Under the pieces are notes generated by a model. The model saw only the letters and a program-made list of their open reading frames with translations, had not been told where the DNA came from and made no database searches. Positions 1 through 9,052 of a DNA stretch of 63,053 nucleotides are shown here, piece after piece. How positions within the stretch are numbered: position 1 is the stretch's first letter; each line of letters opens with the position of its first letter. This DNA is from a virus (taxonomy: Duplodnaviria > Caudoviricetes). The stretch is taken from positions 1-63,053 of IMG/VR virus record IMGVR_UViG_3300027304_000136; one strand, written 5' to 3'. The position numbers and the translations under genes are program-made.

Positions 1-203
1 ATGGAGCTCCGGCACTACCAGTTCAAACCCTATATTTAAACTCTGTTAAACTAAGATTAGTTATGGGAGTTTATTCATTTGTCTTTGGTTGGTTTAAAAC
101 AAAAACCAGACAATTTTGGAGCGTACCCTTCATCTCACAAAACGAGAGAATGGTATATTTAGAAAGAGTTATAGAAGATATTAAAAAAGATTTAAAGAAA
201 TGA
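1..203 (+). CDS. 3' end of a hypothetical protein (truncated by window start)
   Basis: Open frame 3 from window start to TGA 201-203, overlapping the thyA ATG (ATGA coupling). Confidence 0.6.
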   Translation, partial: GAPALPVQTLYLNSVKLRLVMGVYSFVFGWFKTKTRQFWSVPFISQNERMVYLERVIEDIKKDLKK

Positions 204-1477
204 ACAATCTAGATAAACAATACACAGACCTATTAAAAGACATTCTTGAAAATGGAATAGAGAAAAACGATCGTACTGGAACTGGTACGATTTCTGTTTT
301 TGGCAGGCAAATTCGCCATAAAATGTCGGAAGGGTTTCCACTCTTGACAACCAAGAAAATGGCTTTCAAATCAATGGTTACAGAGTTACTCTGGTTTTTA
401 CAGGGCGACACTAACATTAAGTATCTTGTTGATAATGGTTGTAACATTTGGAACGGAGATGCTTATAAAGGTTATGAGAAGGAATGTGTAGCGCATGGAG
501 TAGATCCAATGTCAATAGAACAATTTATCCAGGCAATTAAGAACTACAAAGACGATCGAGATTGGAATGAGAAGATTAAAACTCCAGCTACTCATTTTAT
601 TCCAGACCTGACAGGTTACCAACTCGGAGACCTAGGTCCAGTTTATGGTAAACAATGGCGCAAATGGCAAGGTTGGATGAAATATAAAAATGATGATGGA
701 AAGACTGGATTTGGATCTCTTTGGTACGATCAAATACTCCGACTTATTGCAGACCTTGAAAAGAATCCAGATTCTAGAAGATTAATGGTTAATGCATGGA
801 ATGTTGCGGAAATTGACAAGATGACTCTACCACCATGTCATTATGGATTCCAAGTTTACACACGAGAATTAACCTATTCTGAAAGATATAAAATATGGTT
901 TAGTAATAATTACGAAACTGGTATGGAATACCATGAGCCAAATATCCCTAATTTTGATGATAGTTATTATGAACCAACTCCTACTCGAGCAATCTCGTTA
1001 ATGTGGAATCAGCGTTCAGTCGATACATTCTTAGGTTTACCATTTAACATCGCATCTTACGGCTTATTGTTATTGATGTTAGCAAAACGCGTTAATATGG
1101 TACCTGATGAATTGATTGGAAATCTTGGAGATACTCATCTCTACTCTAATCATATTGAACAGGCCAAAGAACAAATTGGCAGAAAATACGACCATGAAGA
1201 GAGACATGAAATGTTAAAAGAGGCAATGGGACCAATACTGTACCAGTCAGCAGTTGCTGAATTAATGCCATTTGGTGGAGGTCTTTCTGAATATTATGAT
1301 GCTTATAAGATTCCATACTATAGCAGAATACCTTTTGAATTGCCTAAAGTTGAATTAGATTTTGAGTATACATACTTTGACGGGTACATTACTGAATTTG
1401 ATAAAATCAATAGAGATTCTATTAAGTTGGTAAATTACAAATCGCACCCAGAAATAAAGGCGCCTCTTTCAAATTAA
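200..1477 (+). CDS. thyA: Thymidylate synthase with in-frame insertions
   Basis: DRTGTGT, ELLWFL, LGPVYGKQWR, LPPCH, QRSVDTFLGLPFNIASY, GDTHLY motifs. Confidence 0.97.
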   Translation: MNNLDKQYTDLLKDILENGIEKNDRTGTGTISVFGRQIRHKMSEGFPLLTTKKMAFKSMVTELLWFLQGDTNIKYLVDNGCNIWNGDAYKGYEKECVAHGVDPMSIEQFIQAIKNYKDDRDWNEKIKTPATHFIPDLTGYQLGDLGPVYGKQWRKWQGWMKYKNDDGKTGFGSLWYDQILRLIADLEKNPDSRRLMVNAWNVAEIDKMTLPPCHYGFQVYTRELTYSERYKIWFSNNYETGMEYHEPNIPNFDDSYYEPTPTRAISLMWNQRSVDTFLGLPFNIASYGLLLLMLAKRVNMVPDELIGNLGDTHLYSNHIEQAKEQIGRKYDHEERHEMLKEAMGPILYQSAVAELMPFGGGLSEYYDAYKIPYYSRIPFELPKVELDFEYTYFDGYITEFDKINRDSIKLVNYKSHPEIKAPLSN

Positions 1478-2157
1478 TGAAAACATTAGTAATTTCAGAC
1501 ACCCATATAGGATCTAAAGGATGTCAAACTGATTTAATTTTAGAATTGTTAAAAGACAATTCTTATGAACGATACATTCTTGTCGGAGATATAATCGACG
1601 GATGGTTATTTACAAAGTATAAGAAATTCTCATACGACCATGCCAGAGTTATTCGTAGACTTTTAAAATTGTCTAAGAATAAAGAAATCATCTGGATCTC
1701 AGGAAATCACGACGAGTTCTTGAGGAAATATACACCAATTGAATTAGGTAATATTAAAGTCGTAGATGAGTACACTGAGAATGGAATATGGTTCTGTCAT
1801 GGTGACAAATATGATGGTATTGTTAAAATGCATTGGCTTGGAATGTTAGGATCCGTTGGATATGATTTGGCAATTGTAATTGACCGTTTCCTAAAAAGAT
1901 TTAATAAGAACACAAGTTTATCTAAATTCTTAAAAGACAATGTTAAGGCTGCTGTTTCATTTATGGTTGATTTTGAAAATGAAATGGTTCGTCAAGCTAG
2001 AAAGAGAAATTGCCATACCGTAGTATGCGGACATATTCATACTCCAGACGACAAAGAAATCGACGGAGTTAGATATTTAAACTGTGGAGATTGGATAGAG
2101 AACAACTCATTCATAGTTTACTCAAATAATAAATTAACATTATGCACGAACTTCTAA
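1477..2157 (+). CDS. Metallophosphoesterase, LpxH/PlcP-like (UDP-2,3-diacylglucosamine hydrolase family)
   Basis: SDTHIG, GDIIDGW, GNHD, HGD, GHIH, NCGDW motifs. Confidence 0.88.
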   Translation: MKTLVISDTHIGSKGCQTDLILELLKDNSYERYILVGDIIDGWLFTKYKKFSYDHARVIRRLLKLSKNKEIIWISGNHDEFLRKYTPIELGNIKVVDEYTENGIWFCHGDKYDGIVKMHWLGMLGSVGYDLAIVIDRFLKRFNKNTSLSKFLKDNVKAAVSFMVDFENEMVRQARKRNCHTVVCGHIHTPDDKEIDGVRYLNCGDWIENNSFIVYSNNKLTLCTNF

Positions 2158-2849
2158 CAATTGTTATACCTTGCTATAATGAGGAGAAATACATTGGTAG
2201 AGCATTACAAAACATCCATGATCAGCGGTTTTCAAAATTTATAAGAATTATAATAGCTGATGCTGGTTCTACCGATGCAACGATTGAAATTATCAATTCA
2301 TTTAAAGATAAATTAGATATTGAAATTATCAAAGGAGGTTTACCTTCGGTTGGTAGAAATGCAGGTGCAAGATTAGCAGATACTCCATGGATTCTATTTC
2401 TAGATGCTGATATAACATTCACGCGTGATTCAGTAATATTTGATGCGAGCTATCACATGTTATTTGACGAATATGATATGTTAGGAACAACTCCTAAATA
2501 TTTTGGAGAACTAGATTTTAGAGCAAACACAATGTTCTTTCTTAATAAGTTAGCAACTTGGTTTCTTTCAAAAACCAGACCTTTTGCAATTGGAGGATTT
2601 ACATTAATTAGACGAGATGTTTTTATTGAATTAGGAGGATATGATGAAAATGCACATCAAAGCGAAGATTGGCTACTTAGTCGACAAATCAAACCAAAGA
2701 ACTTTAAATTAGTATTTGATTTAATTACGCAAGATAACCGAAGATTTAAAAAATATGGTTACCTTAATATGATTAAATTACTATACAGAAACTGGAAAAA
2801 TCGAGACAATATTGAATATTTCTATAACGCACAAAATTACTGGGACTAA
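2142..2849 (+). CDS. Glycosyltransferase family 2
   Basis: IVIPCYNEE, DAGSTD, RNAGA, FLDAD, GGYDE motifs. Confidence 0.92.
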   Translation: MHELLTIVIPCYNEEKYIGRALQNIHDQRFSKFIRIIIADAGSTDATIEIINSFKDKLDIEIIKGGLPSVGRNAGARLADTPWILFLDADITFTRDSVIFDASYHMLFDEYDMLGTTPKYFGELDFRANTMFFLNKLATWFLSKTRPFAIGGFTLIRRDVFIELGGYDENAHQSEDWLLSRQIKPKNFKLVFDLITQDNRRFKKYGYLNMIKLLYRNWKNRDNIEYFYNAQNYWD

Positions 2850-3088
2850 TGTTTATCCACATAACACCTGACGAATTAGAAGAAGAATTTAGACAATCAT
2901 GGAAATTAGGGTATCTTACACAACCCTCAATAGATTACGCAACAAACGCAATACACGTCTGGTTTGAAGGTAAAGACTGTATAATTTTCCGTTTTGAAAA
3001 ATATGGTTGGTTTAACGATAACAGATACAATACTTATTTAATCTCTTCTGGCCCAGCCGGAATTACAATATCAATAACAATACCATAA
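2849..3088 (+). CDS. Hypothetical protein
   Basis: Translationally coupled ORF (TAATG) in operon. Confidence 0.7.
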   Translation: MFIHITPDELEEEFRQSWKLGYLTQPSIDYATNAIHVWFEGKDCIIFRFEKYGWFNDNRYNTYLISSGPAGITISITIP

Positions 3089-3678
3089 TGAAAAAACTAT
3101 TAATTCTACTAATATTACTTGTCACTACTTCGGTTTCAGCTCAAAAACTAAGAGACAATTTAAAGGTTAATAATGAATATTTTAACATTGTCTATTCTGA
3201 AGTTCTACAACAACCAAAATCAGTTAATTATGTTGTTCGATGTCCAGATGGAACAGCTTCCAGAAGTGGAATGGAATTCTATACAATAGACGGTATTAGA
3301 ACTTCGGATAGTTATGATTACGTTGATAATCAATGGGACAAGGGTCACATGGCGCCAGCCGCTTCCTTTAACTGTAATTCAAAAATGTTATTTACAACAT
3401 TCACTTATGTCAACTGTGCTTTACAACAACAGGCCCTGAATCGTGGAGTTTGGAAAGCTTTAGAAATTAGAGAACGTGCCCTAGCAATGAATAAGACCGT
3501 TTCTGTTACAATATTCATTGACTTTAATAAGCCAATCAGAAGAGTATCAGGAGGTGCAGCGATACCCTCTGGGTTCTACAAAGAACTTAGATATGGTAAT
3601 ATTAAAGAATGTTATTACTTCCTGAATGTAACTCCGGCCACTCGCGATATTAATGCATATAAATGTAATTGCCGCTAG
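3088..3678 (+). CDS. Secreted DNA/RNA non-specific endonuclease (NucA/EndA-like)
   Basis: Signal peptide; DKGHMAPAA, LNRGVWKALE, IPSGFYK motifs. Confidence 0.9.
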   Translation: MKKLLILLILLVTTSVSAQKLRDNLKVNNEYFNIVYSEVLQQPKSVNYVVRCPDGTASRSGMEFYTIDGIRTSDSYDYVDNQWDKGHMAPAASFNCNSKMLFTTFTYVNCALQQQALNRGVWKALEIRERALAMNKTVSVTIFIDFNKPIRRVSGGAAIPSGFYKELRYGNIKECYYFLNVTPATRDINAYKCNCR

Positions 3679-3729
3679 AATCATATCAAGATATATAAAC
3701 TCTAACAAGTAAATATATTTTATTATGAC

Positions 3730-4038
3730 ATGACAAATCCAATACCAAAAATCCTAGAATGGTTACATAAACTTGCATCTGATGAAAATGGATCTCCATC
3801 TTCAAAAAGAGTAATTGGAATTTTATCCAGTTTAGCATTAATCTTCGTTTTAATTTATACTAGTTTAAAAAAGACCGATATAATTTTAAATGATACGATT
3901 ATTAACGCAGTAGCATTACTTGCCTTTGGTTGTCTTGGATTATCTTCAGTTGATAAATTTACAGCGATTAAAAAACAAATTAAAGACGCAACTTCTAATA
4001 AAACAACAGACGAAGCGGTAGAAAATACACAAAACTAA
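3730..4038 (+). CDS. Two-TM membrane protein, putative holin
   Basis: SSKR followed by two hydrophobic helices and a charged C-terminus; near lysozyme. Confidence 0.55.
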   Translation: MTNPIPKILEWLHKLASDENGSPSSKRVIGILSSLALIFVLIYTSLKKTDIILNDTIINAVALLAFGCLGLSSVDKFTAIKKQIKDATSNKTTDEAVENTQN

Positions 4039-4041
4039 TAT

Positions 4042-4452
4042 ATGGCATACGGAAATAAGGTAATAGACCATTTTAATAATCCAAGAAATGTAGGAACTTT
4101 AGATAAATCTAAATCCAATGTAGGTACTGGATTAGTGGGTGCACCTGAATGCGGTGATGTGATGAGATTACAAATAGAAGTTAATGATAATATCATAACT
4201 GATGCAAAATTTAAAACATTTGGATGCGGTTCGGCAATCGCAGCATCTTCATTAGCAACTGAATGGTTAAAAGGAATGTCGATAGATGATGCAATTAAAA
4301 TGGATAATATGGAATTGGTAGAGGAACTATCCCTACCACCGGTTAAAATTCACTGTTCAGTATTAGCAGAAGATGCTATTAAAGAAGCAATAAAAGACTA
4401 TAGACAAAAGCAAGGATCAAAGGCAATCGTATTTGATGCTGAGATAGAATAA
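4042..4452 (+). CDS. iscU: Fe-S cluster scaffold IscU
   Basis: NPRNVG, GAPECGD, FGCGSAIA, LPPVKIHC. Confidence 0.97.
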   Translation: MAYGNKVIDHFNNPRNVGTLDKSKSNVGTGLVGAPECGDVMRLQIEVNDNIITDAKFKTFGCGSAIAASSLATEWLKGMSIDDAIKMDNMELVEELSLPPVKIHCSVLAEDAIKEAIKDYRQKQGSKAIVFDAEIE

Positions 4453-4468
4453 ACGATACAACTACATC

Positions 4469-4804
4469 ATGGATATTACAATAACAGAAAAGGCATTATC
4501 CCATGTTATTTCATTAATGGCGGAACAAGGTGTAACACCAGAAACCCATAATTTAAGAGTTGGTGTTAAAGGAGGAGGATGCAGTGGATTAACTTATACC
4601 ATGGACTTTGATAATAAGATCGAAGCAGGTGATAATATAATCGAAGCAGATACTGGATTAAAAATATTAGTAGATACCAAAAGTTTTTTATATTTGTTCG
4701 GTACAGAATTACAATTTTCCGATGGTCTAAATGGTAAAGGATTTCAATTTGTAAATCCAAATGCAAGTCGTACATGTGGGTGTGGAGAGTCTTTCTCTCT
4801 ATAA
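4469..4804 (+). CDS. iscA: A-type Fe-S carrier (IscA/HesB family)
   Basis: GGGCSG and NPNASRTCGCGESF. Confidence 0.95.
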   Translation: MDITITEKALSHVISLMAEQGVTPETHNLRVGVKGGGCSGLTYTMDFDNKIEAGDNIIEADTGLKILVDTKSFLYLFGTELQFSDGLNGKGFQFVNPNASRTCGCGESFSL

Positions 4805-4836
4805 TATTGATAAATATAAAAATATAACAATCAACT

Positions 4837-5295
4837 ATGGCAAAAATTACTAAAATAGGCCAAAAAGGTCTAGACTTAATTAAATCATTTGAGGGACTGT
4901 ACTTAAAACCGTACTTGTGCCCAGCAAATGTACCAACAATCGGATACGGAAACACGTTCTATGAAAATAAAGCAAAAGTAACTTTAAAAGATCCGATTAT
5001 TACAGAAGGCCGTGCAATAGAATTATTATCATGGTCCCTTTCTAGTTTTGAACAATATGTTGACGCATACTGTATTGATACGATTAATCAAAATCAATTT
5101 GACGCACTTGTAAGTTTTTGTTACAATTTAGGACCTGCTAATCTAAAATCTAGCACTCTACTTAAAAAAGTTAATGCTAATCCAAACGATCCAACTATTA
5201 GAGCTGAGTTTTTAAAATGGAACAAAGCGGGTGGTAAAGCACTTGCAGGTTTAACTAGACGCAGAACTGCTGAAGCAAATCTATATTTTTCATAA
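4837..5295 (+). CDS. Phage lysozyme (GH24) endolysin
   Basis: IKSFEG..PYLCPANVPTIGYG, QFDALVSF.YN.G, GLTRRRTAE. Confidence 0.95.
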   Translation: MAKITKIGQKGLDLIKSFEGLYLKPYLCPANVPTIGYGNTFYENKAKVTLKDPIITEGRAIELLSWSLSSFEQYVDAYCIDTINQNQFDALVSFCYNLGPANLKSSTLLKKVNANPNDPTIRAEFLKWNKAGGKALAGLTRRRTAEANLYFS

Positions 5296-5579
5296 TGTCA
5301 GAGAACCAAACACCAACTCAAGGATTTATAGACGTATTCGTTAGTAAATTAAAAGAGCAATCTTTTACGATTGTAATTATGCTAGCCGTAATTTGGTATC
5401 AAGGTAAAATGATGGAAGAGCGCGTATCCTATTGGCAAAAACTATATGAAGCACAAAAAGCCTATACTGAGCAAACAATAAAGGATGATAAACAAATCAT
5501 GCTAGACAGAATTCAATATCTACAAGGACAGAGAGACAAGTATGTTGAAGATGCAATAAACGAATTAAAATCAAAGTAA
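5295..5579 (+). CDS. Single-TM coiled-coil protein (possible lysis accessory)
   Basis: One hydrophobic helix then amphipathic tail; coupled to lysozyme stop. Confidence 0.55.
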   Translation: MSENQTPTQGFIDVFVSKLKEQSFTIVIMLAVIWYQGKMMEERVSYWQKLYEAQKAYTEQTIKDDKQIMLDRIQYLQGQRDKYVEDAINELKSK

Positions 5580-5585
5580 TAATAT

Positions 5586-6197
5586 ATGTACACTAAAGAA
5601 CAAATCGAAGCAGCTATTAGAGCAAAAGGATATGTATGGTTTAATGACGATGCAAATAAAAGTTATGATGTTAATATCATAGGTGTTAGAAATAATGCCG
5701 CTGCAATTGCTGACAAAGTAACTAATGTCTTTGATGATTTTATGACGCTATCTTTTAAAGAAGGTGGTGTTTGGAAATTCTATCAATGGGCAATTACAAC
5801 CGATCCTGGAACAAAGGCAGTTAAAGAATTTTCAAATCCAAATGGAGTTGCAAGAGTCGTACCTGGACAATATAGAGGAATGTGGGCCGTTGGTCTACAT
5901 CAAGGTAAATACGAGGCAATGAGACAAGTTGCTCCAGTAAAAGTATACCGTGATAAAAACAAGGATATGACTTTTAATGAAACTATCATACAAGAAGGTA
6001 TTTTTGGAATTAATGGACACAGATCTAACCCGAAAACCGAATCTGCTTATGTAGAAAACTGGTCAGAAGGATGTCAAGTATTTAAAAGAATAAAAGATTT
6101 TAATGAATTTATGGGACTTATTAATAAGGCCAAAGCAATTCACGGAAACGCATTCACATATACATTAATCGAGTCTACGGATATTAAAATAAGCTAA
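5586..6197 (+). CDS. Putative L,D-transpeptidase-like/cell-wall enzyme
   Basis: TTDPG and GINGH...WSEGCQV resemble the HxxxSxGC catalytic motif of YkuD-like folds. Confidence 0.5.
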   Translation: MYTKEQIEAAIRAKGYVWFNDDANKSYDVNIIGVRNNAAAIADKVTNVFDDFMTLSFKEGGVWKFYQWAITTDPGTKAVKEFSNPNGVARVVPGQYRGMWAVGLHQGKYEAMRQVAPVKVYRDKNKDMTFNETIIQEGIFGINGHRSNPKTESAYVENWSEGCQVFKRIKDFNEFMGLINKAKAIHGNAFTYTLIESTDIKIS

Positions 6198-6198
6198 T

Positions 6199-6402
6199 AT
6201 GGCCTTACCTTGCCCAGGTTGTCAAACACCTCTAGGAATAACATTAGATTTTATTGTTAAGAATCCTATGTCAGTTTGTCCAAATTGCCAAACTGTATTT
6301 AATTTTGCAGTAAGCGAAGAAATCGTAGAATCATTCAGGGAAGCTCTACAAGAAATTGAAGACATTAAAAAACAGTATAATGGTTCAGTCAAATTTGGAT
6401 AA
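6199..6402 (+). CDS. Small zinc-ribbon protein
   Basis: CPGC...CPNC. Confidence 0.7.
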   Translation: MALPCPGCQTPLGITLDFIVKNPMSVCPNCQTVFNFAVSEEIVESFREALQEIEDIKKQYNGSVKFG

Positions 6403-6448
6403 ATCATTAGATATATACTATAATAATACAAAAAACAAAAATTAAATT

Positions 6449-7051
6449 ATGGCAGAATCAATCGCATCTCAATTTACCGGTTTACCTATTGAGGACCTTA
6501 TCGTTTCACCAATCGTCGGAATGGCGAAAGGTCAAGCAAAACTAAATGATGTAACATGGAAATACATCAGCGAAGTAGCATTCGTAACAGACAAAGACGG
6601 TGCAACAACTGCACGTTCATTAGACGTACAAATGCAAAGAGCAGTAACAGATACTAAAACTGGAGAAAAAACAATTAAAACTTTATACTCTAAAGTTCCA
6701 ATGTTACCTCTAGTTCCACTTCCTTCACTAGCTATTACTTCAGCTGATATTGAATTTACAATGGAGGTTAAAACATCAGAAATTAACAAAGATTCAACAG
6801 ATTCAAGTGCATCTATAAGTGCAGAAGCATCAGGTGGATTTTGGGGTATGAAATTCTCAGTTAATATGTCAGGAAGCGTTGCAACTCATAAAGAGAATAC
6901 AAGAAGCACTGATAATTCAGCTAAGTATAATGTAAAAGTACACGCTGAGCAATTACCACCAACTGAGGGAATGTTAAAACTTTCTGATTATTTAACTCAA
7001 ATGTTAGAACCAACCGATATTCCTCCGGCTAAAGATCCAGAGCAAGGTTAA
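6449..7051 (+). CDS. DUF2589-family protein
   Basis: F.GLPIEDLI.SP, VP.L.LVP.PSL.I, TRSTDNSAKY.V.V.A. Confidence 0.8.
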   Translation: MAESIASQFTGLPIEDLIVSPIVGMAKGQAKLNDVTWKYISEVAFVTDKDGATTARSLDVQMQRAVTDTKTGEKTIKTLYSKVPMLPLVPLPSLAITSADIEFTMEVKTSEINKDSTDSSASISAEASGGFWGMKFSVNMSGSVATHKENTRSTDNSAKYNVKVHAEQLPPTEGMLKLSDYLTQMLEPTDIPPAKDPEQG

Positions 7052-7084
7052 TAATTTTTAGTTTAAAACCTAAACTAATAACTA

Positions 7085-7113
7085 AACCCGATTGGAAACA
7101 ATCGGGTTTTTTT
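7085..7113 (+). terminator. Intrinsic terminator
   Basis: AACCCGATTG-GAAA-CAATCGGGTT followed by T-run. Confidence 0.85.
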
Positions 7114-7141
7114 GTGTATAACCCTAAAATAATTAAGTCAA

Positions 7142-7624
7142 ATGGCAAAATTAAATATTGAAGAACTTCTTGGCGGTCTGTTAGAAGCAGCAATGGTTGC
7201 ACAGGGAATTAGTGAAAAACAACACATCAATTCTCTAGCCAACTATTTTGATGATGGAGTTCCAAAGACGGTAGATTTTAAAGTAGGAGAAAAGACTGTT
7301 ACGGTTCCTCTCTATATTTTAGCAGATCATTCATCAATTGGACTCAATGAGTTAGATATAGAATTTGAAGCAAGATTAGTTTTTGGAGATTCGACAGATC
7401 CAGTTTCTCAGGTTAAAAGATCGATCTTAGGTCTATTTAAAAAGAAAGGTTATAAACATAATCTTGGCGGAATTGAAGTAGATTCAGGTGCTACAAGAAA
7501 TAATAATTCTGGCATGGCAAAAATCAAGGTTAAATTTACATCAGACAATAAGCCAGAAGCAGTTAGCCGATTAGTCGATCAGTATATCCAAAGAATGATC
7601 GCAACTGATAATAAAACAACATAA
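7142..7624 (+). CDS. Second DUF2589-like protein
   Basis: EELLGGL.EAA, VPLY.LADHSSIGL.ELDIEFE, PEAVSRL; typical partner paralog. Confidence 0.65.
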   Translation: MAKLNIEELLGGLLEAAMVAQGISEKQHINSLANYFDDGVPKTVDFKVGEKTVTVPLYILADHSSIGLNELDIEFEARLVFGDSTDPVSQVKRSILGLFKKKGYKHNLGGIEVDSGATRNNNSGMAKIKVKFTSDNKPEAVSRLVDQYIQRMIATDNKTT

Positions 7625-7674
7625 TACGGACAAACTAAGTCGAAATATATAAAACAAAATTAGTAGAGTTTTAT

Positions 7675-8058
7675 ATGTTTACGCCAAATCATTTGCACCT
7701 TTTGGTTAAGGGGCATATCAAAAATCCGCCAAAATCAGAAGAAATTTTAAACCAATGGTTTAAAGAATTAGTTAACAAAGTTAGAATGGTAGTAGTTGCC
7801 GGTCCAACATCAGTTTATGTTGATGAACCTGGAAACGAAGGTATTACCGGAACCGTAACTCTAGCAACATCACATGCTGCAATACATGTTTGGGATAAAC
7901 AAGAACCAGCAATGTTTCAATTTGACATTTATTCATGCTCTTGTTTCGAAGCGTCAGAAGTTATTGAACACTTAAACGAATTTGAATTAATAGATTGCGA
8001 ATGGTTATTTATTGACCGAAATGAAGGACTTAAAATTACAGAAAAAGGATCAATATAA
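7675..8058 (+). CDS. speD: S-adenosylmethionine decarboxylase proenzyme
   Basis: GITGTVTLATSHAAIHVW...FDIYSC (SH self-cleavage motif). Confidence 0.85.
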   Translation: MFTPNHLHLLVKGHIKNPPKSEEILNQWFKELVNKVRMVVVAGPTSVYVDEPGNEGITGTVTLATSHAAIHVWDKQEPAMFQFDIYSCSCFEASEVIEHLNEFELIDCEWLFIDRNEGLKITEKGSI

Positions 8059-8062
8059 TAAT

Positions 8063-8281
8063 ATGAGTGCCAAAGATAAATTAGACCAGTTTCATTACCA
8101 TGAAATGCTAGACCGATTACATGTACTAATGAGTACTTTAGATGACCATATTATCCAGCATCCAGTATGTAAATTAGAGAAAGAAATTGGTAAAAGTGTT
8201 GAAGAAGCGCTCTCTCTTTTATGGCACGCATACCAAGATACTGGTAAAGTCATTCACGATAGATTTGATTCAGAAAAATAA
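8063..8281 (+). CDS. Hypothetical protein
   Basis: ATG at 8063 just after speD stop. Confidence 0.7.
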   Translation: MSAKDKLDQFHYHEMLDRLHVLMSTLDDHIIQHPVCKLEKEIGKSVEEALSLLWHAYQDTGKVIHDRFDSEK

Positions 8282-8363
8282 ATTGAAAAGAAGTTTTCGC
8301 ACAGAGTGAAACTTTTTAAAATAAGTAGATATATAGATTACAATATTATAAATTAAAGAAATA

Positions 8364-8477
8364 ATGCAACAAATACAGCAAAATATAGGCAATGTACACA
8401 TGAACTTATGGTTTAGCAATAACCCGTATGCAGGATGTGATCTGTCGCAAGCTCTATTTGATATGAAGAAAAGTTAA
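8364..8477 (+). CDS. 37-aa peptide heading the tRNA array (possible leader)
   Basis: MQQIQQNIG...DMKKS; follows an AAAC..GATATATA promoter-like motif and precedes a terminator. Confidence 0.45.
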   Translation: MQQIQQNIGNVHMNLWFSNNPYAGCDLSQALFDMKKS

Positions 8478-8507
8478 TATTTTTAAACTACATATATAAG
8501 CAACTAG

Positions 8508-8540
8508 AGCCCGACCTAAACAGTCGGGCTTTATTATTTT
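8508..8540 (+). terminator. Intrinsic terminator
   Basis: AGCCCGAC/GTCGGGCT stem plus T-rich tail. Confidence 0.75.
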
Positions 8541-8546
8541 ATATGG

Positions 8547-8563
8547 AAAGTTCTTTGACATAT
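8547..8563 (+). promoter_or_regulatory. boxA-like antitermination element
   Basis: AAAGTTCTTTGACATAT directly before first tRNA, similar to rRNA-leader boxA. Confidence 0.55.
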
Positions 8564-8574
8564 TGGTGAAAAAA

Positions 8575-8644
8575 GTACGAGTTGGTCTTGGAGGTCAGTG
8601 GGACTGCAAATCCCACGGAGTTGGTTCGATTCCGACCTTGTACT
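8575..8644 (+). tRNA. tRNA-Cys(GCA)
   Basis: GTACGAG/CTTGTAC acceptor, loop CTGCAAA, TTCGA T-loop. Confidence 0.9.
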
Positions 8645-8648
8645 CAAC

Positions 8649-8724
8649 GGAGCGGTGGCAGATGAGGTCATTGCGCTGGACTGAAAATCCAGAGGAGTTG
8701 GATCGATACCAACCCGCTCCACCA
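8649..8724 (+). tRNA. tRNA-Phe(GAA), CCA encoded, atypical T-loop ATCGATA
   Basis: GGAGCGG/CCGCTCC acceptor, loop CTGAAAA. Confidence 0.88.
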
Positions 8725-8852
8725 AGAAAGTTGATTGGGGAATAGTATACTGTAACCTGATGATGGAGGTGGTATATAAGAGTTTGGAATCATCTTAGTA
8801 ATGCCAATCGTAAAAACAGATGTCCACTGAACCATCTTCTGTTTTCTTTCTT
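8724..8852 (+). ncRNA. Unassigned multi-stem structured RNA
   Basis: Nested stems AAGAAAG/CTTTCTT, GATTGG/CCAATC, AAAACAGA/TCTGTTTT, TATAC..ACCT/AGGT..GTATA, TAAGA/TCTTA. Confidence 0.5.
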
Positions 8853-8857
8853 TTTAC

Positions 8858-8928
8858 ACGTTTGTGGTGCAATGGTAGCATACCGGTCTCCAAAACCGTT
8901 GATGGGAGTTCGAATCTCTCCAATCGTG
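8858..8928 (+). tRNA. tRNA-Trp(CCA)
   Basis: Loop CTCCAAA, GGGAG-TTCGAAT-CTCTC T-arm. Confidence 0.9.
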
Positions 8929-8944
8929 CAATTTAAATTGTTGC

Positions 8945-9052
8945 TGGTAGGTGGTGAAATTTGGCAGACACGACCTCCCGTCTCGGGGTTAAAGACCGGA
9001 AATAAAGCGTAAGCCTAATCTCTTTGTACTGGTTCGAATCCAGTCCTACCAG
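8945..9052 (+). ncRNA. tRNA-like RNA: Leu/Ser-type D-arm, non-canonical GTC loop, about 38-nt variable arm
   Basis: TGGTAGG/CCTACCA acceptor, ACTGG-TTCGAAT-CCAGT T-arm, loop CCGTCTC. Confidence 0.75.
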
